This document shows positions 29,932 to 39,890 of a stretch of 64,000 nt of DNA, in pieces. A program made the position numbers and the translations under genes. The stretch covers positions 124,001-188,000 of the IMG/VR virus record IMGVR_UViG_3300044712_000810. One strand, written 5' to 3'. The notes under the pieces were generated by a model, which saw only the letters and a list, made by a program, of their open reading frames with translations, was not told the DNA's origin and searched no databases. Position 1 is the stretch's first letter. The number at the start of each line of letters is the position of its first letter.

Positions 29932-29941
29932 GGACGGACAG

Positions 29942-30022
29942 ATGGAATTCATAATGACCTGTCTAGTCTTTGGAGCTGCAGGGTATTTCCTGCGCCTTCT
30001 GGTAGAGAAGGTAAAACGATAA
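29942..30022 (+). CDS. 26-aa membrane peptide
   Basis: MEFIMTCLVFGAAGYFLRLLVEKVKR; GCAA-loop terminator 30025-30044 follows. Confidence 0.45.
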   Translation: MEFIMTCLVFGAAGYFLRLLVEKVKR

Positions 30023-30045
30023 CGGGTGGGCCGCAAGGCCCGCCT

Positions 30046-30474
30046 TTAATGTTTATTTGTTTTAAGTAATAACCATTGTGTTTCATTATTATCTTTACCA
30101 GGATATTTAATAAACGCAAATGTTCCTTTTATTTTTTGACCATTAAAGTTTACTAAAATTTTAGAATCATCCCATGATAATATAGTACAATATCCATAAT
30201 CATATTTAGATACTTTACCTGCACCATAATTTGGTTCACTTATTTCACCTTCAAAATCACCCCATGAAAGATCATGATCCGGTTGCATGAATACTGCAAT
30301 TTTTTGACTTGTATTAAAAATTAAGTTAGTGAGTTTTTTGGTGGCCCAAGATTTATAAACTCCATCTTTTTCAATACGTATATCGTAATGTGTACCCGAT
30401 TTAATAGCATCATGCTTCTGAATTACAAATTGGGGTCCGCCTTTACTTTCTAAAAGAGTAAGAATACTTAACAT
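30046..30474 (-). CDS. Stand-alone LigD 3'-phosphoesterase (PE) domain
   Basis: FVIQKHDA..THYDIRIEKDGVYKSWA; DHDLSWGDFEGEISEPNYGAGKVSKYDYG; start reassigned to MLSILTLLE. Confidence 0.85.
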   Translation of the reverse strand: MLSILTLLESKGGPQFVIQKHDAIKSGTHYDIRIEKDGVYKSWATKKLTNLIFNTSQKIAVFMQPDHDLSWGDFEGEISEPNYGAGKVSKYDYGYCTILSWDDSKILVNFNGQKIKGTFAFIKYPGKDNNETQWLLLKTNKH

Positions 30475-30475
30475 G

Positions 30476-30901
30476 TTATACTCCAAAATTATCTTTAATA
30501 ATTTTTATTTTGTCTTGATCTTTTGGTCTATTTAGTTTTTCATAAAATTTAAGTAATAACTGTGGAGACATAAACATCCAACCACTAATCTTTACTGTAT
30601 GATTTTTAAGTTCATCAAATGACATATTAAACATTTCTATTTTATTAGAAAACTCAAACATATTATCTTGTGTTTTATATATGCTATTTTCCGATTTACT
30701 TACATCGTTGCGTTTTATTAATTCGTTATATATTTTATTTGAAACACATACATCAAGATCTCTATTTGATGGTATTAAGTTTTTAACAACCAATAATGCA
30801 CTTCCACAAAAAACTATATCTGTTTTTGGTATATTAAATTGTTTAACTTTTTCAATATGATTAAGATTAAGTTCGGTTAAAAGAGTAAGAATACTTAACA
30901 T
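30476..30901 (-). CDS. Nucleotidyltransferase-fold protein
   Basis: CGSALLV...RDLDVCV (GS..DxD); C-terminal RPKDQDKI; start reassigned to MLSILTLLTE. Confidence 0.65.
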   Translation of the reverse strand: MLSILTLLTELNLNHIEKVKQFNIPKTDIVFCGSALLVVKNLIPSNRDLDVCVSNKIYNELIKRNDVSKSENSIYKTQDNMFEFSNKIEMFNMSFDELKNHTVKISGWMFMSPQLLLKFYEKLNRPKDQDKIKIIKDNFGV

Positions 30902-31003
30902 GTGATTACTCCAAAAATATTTTATTTTTGTATGTTTTATATAGAAATATTGAATTGACAAGAGATGTAGTATCTCTTATTTATTTTAAAAAGGAGGATA
31001 CGA

Positions 31004-31435
31004 ATGGCAGTTAAATTTGGTGACAGAAGCCTTATTTGTTCAACTGGCAAATCTGTCAGATTCGATGACAACACGGTTTGTGTTGTTGATGCGTTGATGG
31101 CTATTTTGCCACAAATGACTTCGTCAAATGGAGTACGTGTAAGATTGCAACACGCAATGACAAGTGACAAAAGTCTTATTGTCACTACCAGAAAATTTGC
31201 ACCTGGATATAATGGTGCGCCATTTTACACGTGTGATCGACAAAATTTCATGAGGATCGTTGAGTATTGTGTTGCCGAACAACAACAGAAAAACAACGAC
31301 TCTTCAAAACGTGGAAGAGATTTGTATCATGTTGATTGGGAAATCGTATCACAAGTCGAACAGGCATTCGACAAGTGGAATGGAAAAACTTGGTTTCCAC
31401 CAAGACCCATTGACACCGTGATGCGTAAACTCTAG
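31004..31435 (+). CDS. Hypothetical protein (weakly BRO-N-like)
   Basis: AGGAGG RBS; VRF...VCVVDALMAI. Confidence 0.6.
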   Translation: MAVKFGDRSLICSTGKSVRFDDNTVCVVDALMAILPQMTSSNGVRVRLQHAMTSDKSLIVTTRKFAPGYNGAPFYTCDRQNFMRIVEYCVAEQQQKNNDSSKRGRDLYHVDWEIVSQVEQAFDKWNGKTWFPPRPIDTVMRKL

Positions 31436-31520
31436 TCAGAATGGGGGAGTTATGTCTCCCCCATTTTTTTTATTTTTATGTTTTTTATATAGAAATTGTG
31501 ATGTAACAAAAGGAGCATTT

Positions 31521-31739
31521 ATGATTCAGATGGCCACTGTTGATCCATGGCATCAGATTCGACTTGATCTAGAGCTTGTCATTGCGGCCGAAAAAAATTG
31601 GGCTATTCAACATGCTAAAGCAAGAAAACTACCAAGACTCACTGGTAAAAATTCAAGTTCATGTGGTAGGAAGATTCGTAATCTTCCTCATAACCAATTT
31701 CTCGAAGAAGATTTTTACGGCGTTTGTGTCCTTAATTAA
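31521..31739 (+). CDS. Hypothetical protein
   Basis: Promoter motif, AGGAG RBS. Confidence 0.5.
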   Translation: MIQMATVDPWHQIRLDLELVIAAEKNWAIQHAKARKLPRLTGKNSSSCGRKIRNLPHNQFLEEDFYGVCVLN

Positions 31740-31867
31740 TAATAAAGGGCCAAATAGGCCTTTTATTAAATTAAATATTTGTTGTTTTTATATAGAAATA
31801 GTTGTGTGATGTCGAATTATGTTTGGAGAATTTTATTCTTCTAATCAACCTTTAAAAGGAGATGACT

Positions 31868-32545
31868 ATGTCCATCAACAACCTGACGCAGTTCTTCCGA
31901 CCGAACAACAAGATCGTTCCCGTGATCAACGAGGAAACCGGCGAGCCTGTCATCAACGAGAAGACCGGCAAACCTTCCATGACAGTGAAACACGGCGAAC
32001 CCAAGGGCGCTTTCTACGGCTTCACCAAGGACGGCAAGATCAACATCGGTTGGTCTCTGTGCAACAACCACGACCGTTTCTGCAGGAACACGGCGATTCA
32101 GATCGCCAAAACCCGCGCCGAAGCCTTCGCCAAGATGAACGTCCTGGAAGTGCCTCACAGCATGGCCGATCAGTTCACCAGGTTCCTCGACCGCTGCAAA
32201 CGCTGCTTCGACACCAGTGAGCTGAACCTGCCCAGGGTCATCTTCAAAAAGTCGATGATTACCACCGGCAGCAAGTTCCTCGACAACGTTCTGAAGAAGG
32301 CAATCAAGATGTTCGCCAAGGGTGATATCGAAGGTTCCTTCAACGTCATGTTCGAGGACGATCTCATCATGTCCATGTTCCACAACATCCAGGAAAACAA
32401 CATGGACGGATATCGCATGTACATGCAGTATATCCTGGCCCAGTACAGCATTGTTCCCGAAGAGTTCGATGCCAAGATTCGTGAGTACCAGATGAGCAAA
32501 TATAATCTGGGCCATATGCTCAAGCAGCCCGAAGTCGAAGCTTAA
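31868..32545 (+). CDS. Hypothetical protein with C-ending (host-like) codon usage
   Basis: Promoter, RBS, terminator; strong NNC bias. Confidence 0.75.
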   Translation: MSINNLTQFFRPNNKIVPVINEETGEPVINEKTGKPSMTVKHGEPKGAFYGFTKDGKINIGWSLCNNHDRFCRNTAIQIAKTRAEAFAKMNVLEVPHSMADQFTRFLDRCKRCFDTSELNLPRVIFKKSMITTGSKFLDNVLKKAIKMFAKGDIEGSFNVMFEDDLIMSMFHNIQENNMDGYRMYMQYILAQYSIVPEEFDAKIREYQMSKYNLGHMLKQPEVEA

Positions 32546-32630
32546 TCTTTAAATGGGGGTGTTATGCACCCCCAATACTTTTATTTTTGTTGTTTTAATA
32601 TAGAAATTGTAATGTAACAAGGAGGCACAT

Positions 32631-33131
32631 ATGTGCATACAAATAAAAGAATATGAAGTTGATACAAACATCGGCTTTAAAATTCTTGGAAGAACTGATG
32701 GAATTTTACACAGTCCATTCAAGAATGCAGGATGTTGGGATCGTGACCATCCATTTGTAATAGGTGAATTTATGAAACCTGAGGAATTTTCATATCAGGA
32801 ATTCATTGGAGACCAACAACCTGGATGGCATATATATCTTGAAAACCCTTTAACCGATGACCATTCAACTTTCAAAGATGCTGGTCTTTCTAGCTATATT
32901 AGTGGGAAGACAATCATAGCGAATGAAGCTATTGAAATACGAATGGTTGAATTTCGCGGAGTTCGTCAAACAGGATTTTTCGGAATATGTCGAGAACGGT
33001 TAAGATGTGTGGTCGCATCCGAGATGAAAATCCTTCATAAGATCCACGAATTTAAAGTCAGCGAATTTAGATTCGTACATGGTGATATGATGGATCGGCT
33101 TCATGAATGGCAACGCAACAAGGCCGCATAA
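32631..33131 (+). CDS. Hypothetical protein
   Basis: Promoter, AGGAGG, terminator. Confidence 0.7.
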   Translation: MCIQIKEYEVDTNIGFKILGRTDGILHSPFKNAGCWDRDHPFVIGEFMKPEEFSYQEFIGDQQPGWHIYLENPLTDDHSTFKDAGLSSYISGKTIIANEAIEIRMVEFRGVRQTGFFGICRERLRCVVASEMKILHKIHEFKVSEFRFVHGDMMDRLHEWQRNKAA

Positions 33132-33160
33132 CACTCCACGTAGGAACCACTGCGTGGTTC

Positions 33161-33619
33161 TTACTTGTGTGCCAACTCAAGTGCTTTTATTACTGATTTA
33201 TTATGTGCGTCGATAGATTTTTCATGTGACTTAATTAAATGTTTTGTTATTTCAGGTGGATTTGCTGGATTACGTATGGCTTGTTGTATTTGACTAAGAC
33301 GTTCTTTATGTGATTGTGCAATAGCCATATGATGTTGTGATAATGCTTGATTATTTTCTTTTTGTAATTGTTCTTTTTGTAATCTTTCTTGTTCTTTTGC
33401 TTGTTTTTCAGCTTCTCTTTGTTGTTCTTTTTGTTTACGTTCTTGTTCTTTTAATTTACGTTCAGCTTCACGTTCTTTCTTTTCTTTATCACGTAATGCT
33501 TTTTCTTTAGCTCTTTCTTTTTCTTTTTGTTTCTTTTCACGCTCACGCATTTTTTGTTCACGTTTTGATTTTTTACTGTTTGTTTCACTTTCTTCGAGGA
33601 TTGTATAAATACTAATCAT
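33161..33619 (-). CDS. E/K/R/Q-rich coiled-coil protein with MISIYTILEE leader
   Basis: GGAG RBS; low-complexity charged helix. Confidence 0.65.
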   Translation of the reverse strand: MISIYTILEESETNSKKSKREQKMREREKKQKEKERAKEKALRDKEKKEREAERKLKEQERKQKEQQREAEKQAKEQERLQKEQLQKENNQALSQHHMAIAQSHKERLSQIQQAIRNPANPPEITKHLIKSHEKSIDAHNKSVIKALELAHK

Positions 33620-33687
33620 TATATTCTCCAAATTAATTTGGTTTTTATACTTTTTATATAGAAATATTAAATAAACAAGGAGGAAAC

Positions 33688-33972
33688 ATGTATCCGACTC
33701 TTGAAGACTGGCACATCACTAAACGTGATGGTTTTAGATTTCCCTGTTTAAGAGGAAAAGTTTTTAATCATCCAACATCTCATTTGAATGGTAAAGTAAT
33801 CGATACTTCACCAATATTACAAATAACACCAAACAAAGATATAGCTAGAACTGAATCTAGACTATATAAACTTGGGCGGTATGATGCTGTTACCCAATTA
33901 AAAACATTGGTTGAATTTCCAGATCTTGAGGAGGAAATTCTCACATTACCATATGTTAAAATTGATGACTAA
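33688..33972 (+). CDS. Hypothetical phage protein
   Basis: LEDWHI..LRGKVFNHP..GKVIDTSPI..ARTESRLYKLG is a recurring phage small-protein pattern. Confidence 0.7.
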   Translation: MYPTLEDWHITKRDGFRFPCLRGKVFNHPTSHLNGKVIDTSPILQITPNKDIARTESRLYKLGRYDAVTQLKTLVEFPDLEEEILTLPYVKIDD

Positions 33973-33974
33973 AC

Positions 33975-33996
33975 AAGGGGAGGATACCCTCCCCTT
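33975..33996. terminator. Bidirectional terminator
   Basis: AAGGGGAGG-ATAC-CCTCCCCTT between convergent genes. Confidence 0.75.
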
Positions 33997-34001
33997 TCTT
34001 A

Positions 34002-35198
34002 TTATAATATACTATTACGAACCATATCAGCTATTGGGCCTCTTGAGTTCTTACCTTTAAGTACTATATGTCCGTATGTTGGTTGACCTTTAAATGCGCG
34101 AACAGTCCAGTTAAGACCGTTATTACTTTCATTAAGTATTGGCGCATCTATTTGTTCAACGTCACCGAGACATACTACACGAACATTTTCACCCATACGT
34201 GATAATATAACTTTCATTTCTTGTCTAGAGAAGTTCTGACATTCGTCAACAATTACAAATGCATTGTCAATGTTCATACCACGAATATAGTTTAATGGTA
34301 AGAACTCAAAAAACTTTTTATTGAATTCTAAATCAGGTGCTTTTGGATCATGAAATAGTTTATTTGCAGGACGAAGATCATGCAGTTTAAGAACTAAATC
34401 ATGAATTGCACGTGCATATGGTTCAACTTTTTCATCAACATTACCAGGTAAGAAACCAAGTTTTTCACTACCAACATCAATGTGATGTTTTAATATAAAT
34501 ATTTTTTTGAATTTTTTCTTTTCGAGAACCCAATATAATGCGGTTGCTAATGCAATAAAAGTTTTACCATAACCTGCACTTGATTGAATACTTACTAAAT
34601 CAAGTTTTTCATTTAATAACAATTCCATTGCTGCGTTCTGATATGGTGTTTTTGGTTTTACAGTCCATATTGCATTTTCATAATCTATTGCTTTTTCTTT
34701 ACTACTATCCCAGTACTTTAATTTACCATCCACCCAATAGAAACAATTATTAATATATGTTTCTGTATTTATATCAATGAATCCAGTATATAACTGTGAT
34801 TCCGATTTATATGGATGACTATCCTTAAAGTCTTGTGTTTCAATACCAAGTTTAATGGCCTTAAACTTTAAAATGCGATCATTGGTTACGAATATGAATG
34901 GTTCGCCAAGATCTTTATTCTCTTGTAAAAATGAGACCATATCATTCAGTATTTTATTATCTTTCTTACTTGTTGACTTATAGTCTATGACTATGATTTC
35001 GTTTTGAAACTTAATTAGTTCGTCTGTAACCTCTTTAATTATATGAGAAATGCGTGGGTTTTTCTTTAATCCATCGAGTTCTTCGATTGTTTCAGCAGAC
35101 AAATAAATGTCATTCTCTGAACCGTTTCTAAGAATTTCAATAGATTTAGGATTATCAATAAGTACGCTTGTGTCAACACAGTAACTTTTTTTAGACAT
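34002..35198 (-). CDS. phoH: PIN-domain + PhoH ATPase
   Basis: YCVDTSVLID (PIN); Walker A SSAGYGKT; YIRGMNIDNAFVIVDECQN; GDVEQID. Confidence 0.92.
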   Translation of the reverse strand: MSKKSYCVDTSVLIDNPKSIEILRNGSENDIYLSAETIEELDGLKKNPRISHIIKEVTDELIKFQNEIIVIDYKSTSKKDNKILNDMVSFLQENKDLGEPFIFVTNDRILKFKAIKLGIETQDFKDSHPYKSESQLYTGFIDINTETYINNCFYWVDGKLKYWDSSKEKAIDYENAIWTVKPKTPYQNAAMELLLNEKLDLVSIQSSAGYGKTFIALATALYWVLEKKKFKKIFILKHHIDVGSEKLGFLPGNVDEKVEPYARAIHDLVLKLHDLRPANKLFHDPKAPDLEFNKKFFEFLPLNYIRGMNIDNAFVIVDECQNFSRQEMKVILSRMGENVRVVCLGDVEQIDAPILNESNNGLNWTVRAFKGQPTYGHIVLKGKNSRGPIADMVRNSIL

Positions 35199-35344
35199 AT
35201 AAAGGCCTTTTGTTAAATTTTTATCACAATCCCAGTACGCCTAATCCTGATCATGATATTTTTTTGGGTTATAAAATCTCCAATCTTTTTCACCAATTTT
35301 TTTTAATTCTTCAATTTTATTTTTAATATATTGTTTATGTTCTT

Positions 35345-36136
35345 CTAAATCTTCATCACAACTGGAACCGAGAATTCTTTCAGATCCATTAGAATTGGAG
35401 TCCATGTATAACGTCCTTTTTCATCAATGTCAAAAACAGTCATACCAAAATCAACAAGACCAGAACATTTACGAACTCCGTATTTACTCCCTGGTCCTTG
35501 AAGAGCTGGTAATGTTATTGCCAACCAATCTGCGCCACCACAGAATGTATGATAATGGACGTGTGATCTTAATATAATGTCTGCCTTAGGTGCACCATCA
35601 TGATATGACCAAAGCATATTCCACAAACGATCTTTTGCTATTGCTGTATGTCTAGCTTGTGGACTACTACTAGATCCTATATGATGTTTTACATCGAAAA
35701 TTTTTCCATTGCAATCCATCCATTCATGTCCACCTATGGTGGCATTTAATGATCTTGCAATACTTTCTTCTGCATCTTCTCCATCTGGACTTACATGATA
35801 TGGTGTTCCAAAAGTCATTGCAATTCTTTTGGCTTTTGCAACTTCAATTGATTGTACCGCCATATCACACTGAGTTTGTATAGATGAAGATACAAGTTCA
35901 GTACCACCTGATCTTTCACCTTTACCTTCTATACTATCTCCATTAACAATTAACAAATCAATTGGTCCAAGATCCGTTATTTTATTAACATACCAGTTCC
36001 ACATATGTTTTTGAATCTTTGCAATCCTATCACGCTTCGGATATTTGCCATCACTGTCTGTCCACTGAAAACTCGGTGGTGTAAGACCAACATAATGGCC
36101 ACTATGTAGATCTCCTATTGCAACTATTCTTTTCAC
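35345..36136 (-). CDS. Calcineurin-like phosphoesterase
   Basis: IGDLHSGH, VNGDSIEG, GTPYH, VKHH, RSHVHY. Confidence 0.8.
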   Translation of the reverse strand: MKRIVAIGDLHSGHYVGLTPPSFQWTDSDGKYPKRDRIAKIQKHMWNWYVNKITDLGPIDLLIVNGDSIEGKGERSGGTELVSSSIQTQCDMAVQSIEVAKAKRIAMTFGTPYHVSPDGEDAEESIARSLNATIGGHEWMDCNGKIFDVKHHIGSSSSPQARHTAIAKDRLWNMLWSYHDGAPKADIILRSHVHYHTFCGGADWLAITLPALQGPGSKYGVRKCSGLVDFGMTVFDIDEKGRYTWTPILMDLKEFSVPVVMKI

Positions 36137-36284
36137 AAAGAAACTCCTGTTTTTGTTATTTTACAGTACTACACACGCCTTCAAAAGAATTTTAATATTC
36201 AATTTACTCATATAGAAATATAATATATAGTATACAGTAGTATACAAAAAATTACTATGCCCCAAAAGGGCAAAGGGGTTCAAA

Positions 36285-36911
36285 ATGAACGTCATTCGCA
36301 CTGCCCTTCTGGGCATGGCTATGGTACTGGTCTTTATGACCGGAAGCGCTTTCGCGCAATTTGAGGACTTGTTCCTCAAGCAAACTGAAACCATCCCTCA
36401 GGAAGGTGCCTTTGCCAAGAGTGGGTGGGGCGGCAGCATCAACACCGGTTCTTCCGGAGTTGCATACTCCGGAGACTTCAACGCCGTAAAGGCTGCGATT
36501 AAGACTCCTCAACAGGCGTCTGCCTACATGGCTGAAAATTTCACCTATGGGTGGGATACTCGCTATGGTGGCTTCAAGTCCACTCCTCCGGCAGAGGTGA
36601 ACTCCACGAAGTGGGGTTCATGCAAGGAATTCACATCGTTCTTCGATGCGGTTTTGGCTGATGACGGAATCCAGGTCCAACCAGTGATGGTGAGATATGG
36701 CTCTGGAGACTCGTCGTATCATATCATGTCGGTTGCGACTTACAACGGAGGTGCATACCTTCAGAGTAACCAGGACATCTGGTCTGTTGGCAGCAACCAG
36801 CAGATCATTGATCTGGCAAGTGGCAACCTGCCCGGCGGCGTCATTCCCTTCAAGGGAGGTGGCGAGATGATCAGGTATTACCCGCAGGGTACTACCAACT
36901 TCACACCGTAA
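36285..36911 (+). CDS. Secreted transglutaminase/cysteine-protease-like protein
   Basis: Signal peptide ending SAFA; WGSCKEFTSFF (Cys), YHIMSV (His); GC-richer codons. Confidence 0.55.
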   Translation: MNVIRTALLGMAMVLVFMTGSAFAQFEDLFLKQTETIPQEGAFAKSGWGGSINTGSSGVAYSGDFNAVKAAIKTPQQASAYMAENFTYGWDTRYGGFKSTPPAEVNSTKWGSCKEFTSFFDAVLADDGIQVQPVMVRYGSGDSSYHIMSVATYNGGAYLQSNQDIWSVGSNQQIIDLASGNLPGGVIPFKGGGEMIRYYPQGTTNFTP

Positions 36912-37001
36912 CCTTAATAAGGGGCGCGCTCGTAAGGGCGCCTCTTCTTTTTAGTTATTTGAAGATTTCATATAGAAATATTAAAATAACAAGGAGGCAT
37001 C

Positions 37002-37229
37002 ATGCAACCCATTTTAGTGAAGAAAGTGCAATTCAAGAAGACACATTTAGGTGTCGTCGTTTCTGCAACTTCCAAAAGCGATCTTCAAGTTGAAGGAACT
37101 GTTCGTGAAATTGACTACGCGTATAGACGCATAACTCTCTTAGGTGGCACAGTTCTCACAGCAACAAACGATGTTAAGGAATACACATTCCTTGATCTGT
37201 TGATGGTTCCGTTGTTCCTTAATGGTTAA
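37002..37229 (+). CDS. Hypothetical protein
   Basis: Promoter + AGGAGG. Confidence 0.65.
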   Translation: MQPILVKKVQFKKTHLGVVVSATSKSDLQVEGTVREIDYAYRRITLLGGTVLTATNDVKEYTFLDLLMVPLFLNG

Positions 37230-37272
37230 CACATATTCCCGAAGTCCTTCGGGACTTTGGTTAGGAGGTTAA

Positions 37273-37878
37273 ATGAACGTCGAATTTGATTTGGGTTGGA
37301 TTATCGGCAGCATCATTGTAATATATTTCGTTAAGGATTTTCTACTTGAATTGCTTGAAGATATTGTTAATATTTTCAGAAGGAAGCCTGAACCAGTTCC
37401 AACATATATACCACGTTTAAAAGTTCCAACATTTCCACAATGGCCAGATCTTCCAAGAGATATGTCGCCCGGTGTATGGACATCTACAACAACTACAACC
37501 GAACGTGAGTTCGAAGCTGGAGAAAAATATATGGCATTGCACATTGTTCATCAAGACTACAGTGGACAAGATTTTGAAGGAACAGTATTTGATGGATGCA
37601 TTTTCGAATATGTCACGTTTCGTGAATGTGACTGTCGAAATGTAAACTTCATCAACTGTCAATTCAACAATGTGTATTTTCCTGAATCTGACTTGGAAGG
37701 TGCACAGTTTATCAACTGTAATGGACCAGTTGATTATTCCGAAGCAACTGATACAAGAAATATGGTTATTAAAACCATAGAAACTTCCAATTTGGAACCC
37801 ACAAAGAAAGTAACGAGGCCCAGGCTTGTCAGGCCCAGACCTCCTAAGAAAAAGATAAGACTCAGTTTCGAGAAGTAA
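37273..37878 (+). CDS. Membrane-anchored pentapeptide-repeat protein
   Basis: N-terminal TM; DYSGQDFEGTVFDGCIFEYVTFRECDCRNVNFINCQFNNVYF..SDLEGAQF. Confidence 0.8.
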   Translation: MNVEFDLGWIIGSIIVIYFVKDFLLELLEDIVNIFRRKPEPVPTYIPRLKVPTFPQWPDLPRDMSPGVWTSTTTTTEREFEAGEKYMALHIVHQDYSGQDFEGTVFDGCIFEYVTFRECDCRNVNFINCQFNNVYFPESDLEGAQFINCNGPVDYSEATDTRNMVIKTIETSNLEPTKKVTRPRLVRPRPPKKKIRLSFEK

Positions 37879-37904
37879 TAAGTGGGGCTTCGGCCCCATT
37901 TTTA

Positions 37905-38051
37905 TTATAACTTTTTAACTTTATCAACTGCTTGATCGATTGCACTTTCAGCTTTTTGTTCAGCAACTTGTACTATTTTTTTATTACTATATTTCTTATA
38001 AATAACTAAACCAATAAGAACACCAGCTGTGATAATGATTAATTCCCACAT
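37905..38051 (-). CDS. 48-aa membrane peptide
   Basis: Manual translation MWELIIITAGVLIGLVIYKKY...; GGAG RBS. Confidence 0.55.
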   Translation of the reverse strand: MWELIIITAGVLIGLVIYKKYSNKKIVQVAEQKAESAIDQAVDKVKKL

Positions 38052-38061
38052 ATTAATCTCC

Positions 38062-38886
38062 TTAATAATCTTTAAGATGTTTTGATGAAAAACTTAATGC
38101 TAATTCCGCTTCTTTTAATTCAGGCTTCAATTCAAGAACACGTCGCATACATCTTCTTGAATCTTCCCAATGACCTAATTCAATATGAATACGTCCTAGA
38201 TTAAACCATAGTGCATAATTGTTTGGTTCTATTTCAATTGCTTGATTATATAATTCAATAGCACGATCATGCTTTTTTGTTTTTCTTAACACTTGACCTA
38301 ACCTAGAATAATTATGAACAGCAGTAGGATTTAATTCAATACAACGTTCTAAAAATGTTATTGATTCTATATGTCCACTTTTAAATAATACATCCGCCAT
38401 TTCATTAATAGTATCATAATCATCAGGATATTCATTTAGTAGTTTTGTAAACTGTGATAATGCCCCATCAAATTTACGTGTTTCATATAATCTTTTTGCT
38501 TTAGTCAATCGATTCATCTTTTCCATACATTCAAAAATCATTTCTTCATCTTGTTGTTTATTATATAATTCATTAAGTTTAGGGGGCAAAGATCTTAAAA
38601 CGTTAAACATTTCATGTTCTTTACCGTATTTATAATCAAAAATTATATTTAATTGTTTAATATATTTATTAAGTGATATTAAATGTATTGCTCTTTCAAA
38701 TAGTTCTTGAAATTCTTTTCGTTCTTGTATAAACATTTCTTTATTTAATTTAGAAAATACATATAAACTAAATATGACTTGTTTTATTATGACTTCTATA
38801 TTTTTTTCACGTACAGTAGCAGTAATATTTAATAAATATCCTTTTGCCGTTTTAATTAAGTTTCGTGGGTTTTTATCATTGTCCAT
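38062..38886 (-). CDS. TPR protein
   Basis: HNYSRLGQVLRKTKKHDRAIELYNQAIEIEPNNYALWFNLGRIHIELG. Confidence 0.85.
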   Translation of the reverse strand: MDNDKNPRNLIKTAKGYLLNITATVREKNIEVIIKQVIFSLYVFSKLNKEMFIQERKEFQELFERAIHLISLNKYIKQLNIIFDYKYGKEHEMFNVLRSLPPKLNELYNKQQDEEMIFECMEKMNRLTKAKRLYETRKFDGALSQFTKLLNEYPDDYDTINEMADVLFKSGHIESITFLERCIELNPTAVHNYSRLGQVLRKTKKHDRAIELYNQAIEIEPNNYALWFNLGRIHIELGHWEDSRRCMRRVLELKPELKEAELALSFSSKHLKDY

Positions 38887-38913
38887 GTTTACCCTTTTAA
38901 TATTCTAAATTTT

Positions 38914-38924
38914 CATATAGAAAT
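38914..38924 (+). promoter_or_regulatory. Phage promoter motif driving the gene + RNA unit
   Basis: TTTTAATATT-N9-CATATAGAAAT. Confidence 0.7.
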
Positions 38925-39002
38925 AGTATTAGTGTACGACGAAGGTCGTAGCAAACTCATTTGTTTGTTTATTTTATTGTAAAACTCAAGGAGAACAATA
39001 CC

Positions 39003-39755
39003 GTGGCAAAACTACACGAACTACTGGCAGCTGAAAAAGACGTTAAGACCAAATCACAAAAACTCGTGATCGAAGCAAAAGACACATTCGGCAAGAAGCA
39101 TGATCACTTCACCGGCTTTACAAAGACGTATAAGCCGAAGAATGATGAAGACGCTTATGAAGCTGAAGCACTCAGCGAATCAAAAGAAATGGTTACGACC
39201 GTTGGTCGTAAACTGAATTATCTTCTTGCAAACATGGTTGATGCCATTGATATTGCATATCAGAAAGATTTGACGAACAGAGTGGCAAAAGCAGATATTA
39301 CCGTTGATGGCATTGTCATCGCATCGGACGTACCTGCAACCACACTGTTGCATCTTGAAGATCAGCTTCGCGAACTTCGTGATGTCTGTGACAAGATCCC
39401 GACACTGAAGCCTGGTATCAAGTGGGTGCTCGATGCATCTCTTGGTGAAGGCGTCTATGTCACTGAAAAGCCTGAGGTGAAAATCCGTACAAAGAAGCAA
39501 ACTGTTTACAAGACTGTCGCCCAGGCCACCGACAAACACGCCGCACAAGTTGTGGCTGAAATGCAAGATGTGAACATCGGTAAGTATGAAGAAATTCATA
39601 CTTCCGGTATGATCACTCCTGCAGATAAATCAAAACAAATGGATAAGATCGAGAAACTCATCGCAGCCGTCAAAAGGGCTCGTGCTCGTGCAAACGAACA
39701 GGAAGTCGCTTCTGGCGAGATTGCAAAGAAGCTTTTCGATTATATTACGCAGTAA
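39003..39755 (+). CDS. Uncharacterised 250-aa helical protein upstream of the tRNA-mimic RNA
   Basis: GTG start with AAGGAG RBS; MAKLHELLAAE...QKDLTNRVAKADITVDG...VPATTLLHLEDQL...AVKRARARANEQEV. Confidence 0.8.
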   Translation: MAKLHELLAAEKDVKTKSQKLVIEAKDTFGKKHDHFTGFTKTYKPKNDEDAYEAEALSESKEMVTTVGRKLNYLLANMVDAIDIAYQKDLTNRVAKADITVDGIVIASDVPATTLLHLEDQLRELRDVCDKIPTLKPGIKWVLDASLGEGVYVTEKPEVKIRTKKQTVYKTVAQATDKHAAQVVAEMQDVNIGKYEEIHTSGMITPADKSKQMDKIEKLIAAVKRARARANEQEVASGEIAKKLFDYITQ

Positions 39756-39813
39756 TCGCTTAACAGCGTTACAAATATGGCCAAACTCATTGTGACTGCC
39801 AAGTAATACTCAG

Positions 39814-39890
39814 AGAGGAGACTGCGGTTCGAATCCGCACCGGATGCCCAAAAAACATCATCCGGTCGTCTAGCGGCTTAGGATGCCTCT
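39814..39890 (+). ncRNA. Permuted tRNA-like module 1
   Basis: AGAGG-AGAC-TGCGG TTCGAAT CCGCA-CCGGATG-C-CCA-(8 nt)-CATCCGG-TC-GTCT AGCGGCTTA GGAT-G-CCTCT. Confidence 0.85.

Noticed and set aside
33161-33619. Low-complexity TTC/TTT tract as a DNA repeat element
   Set aside because: It is explained by the E/K/R/Q-rich coiled-coil protein encoded on the minus strand.
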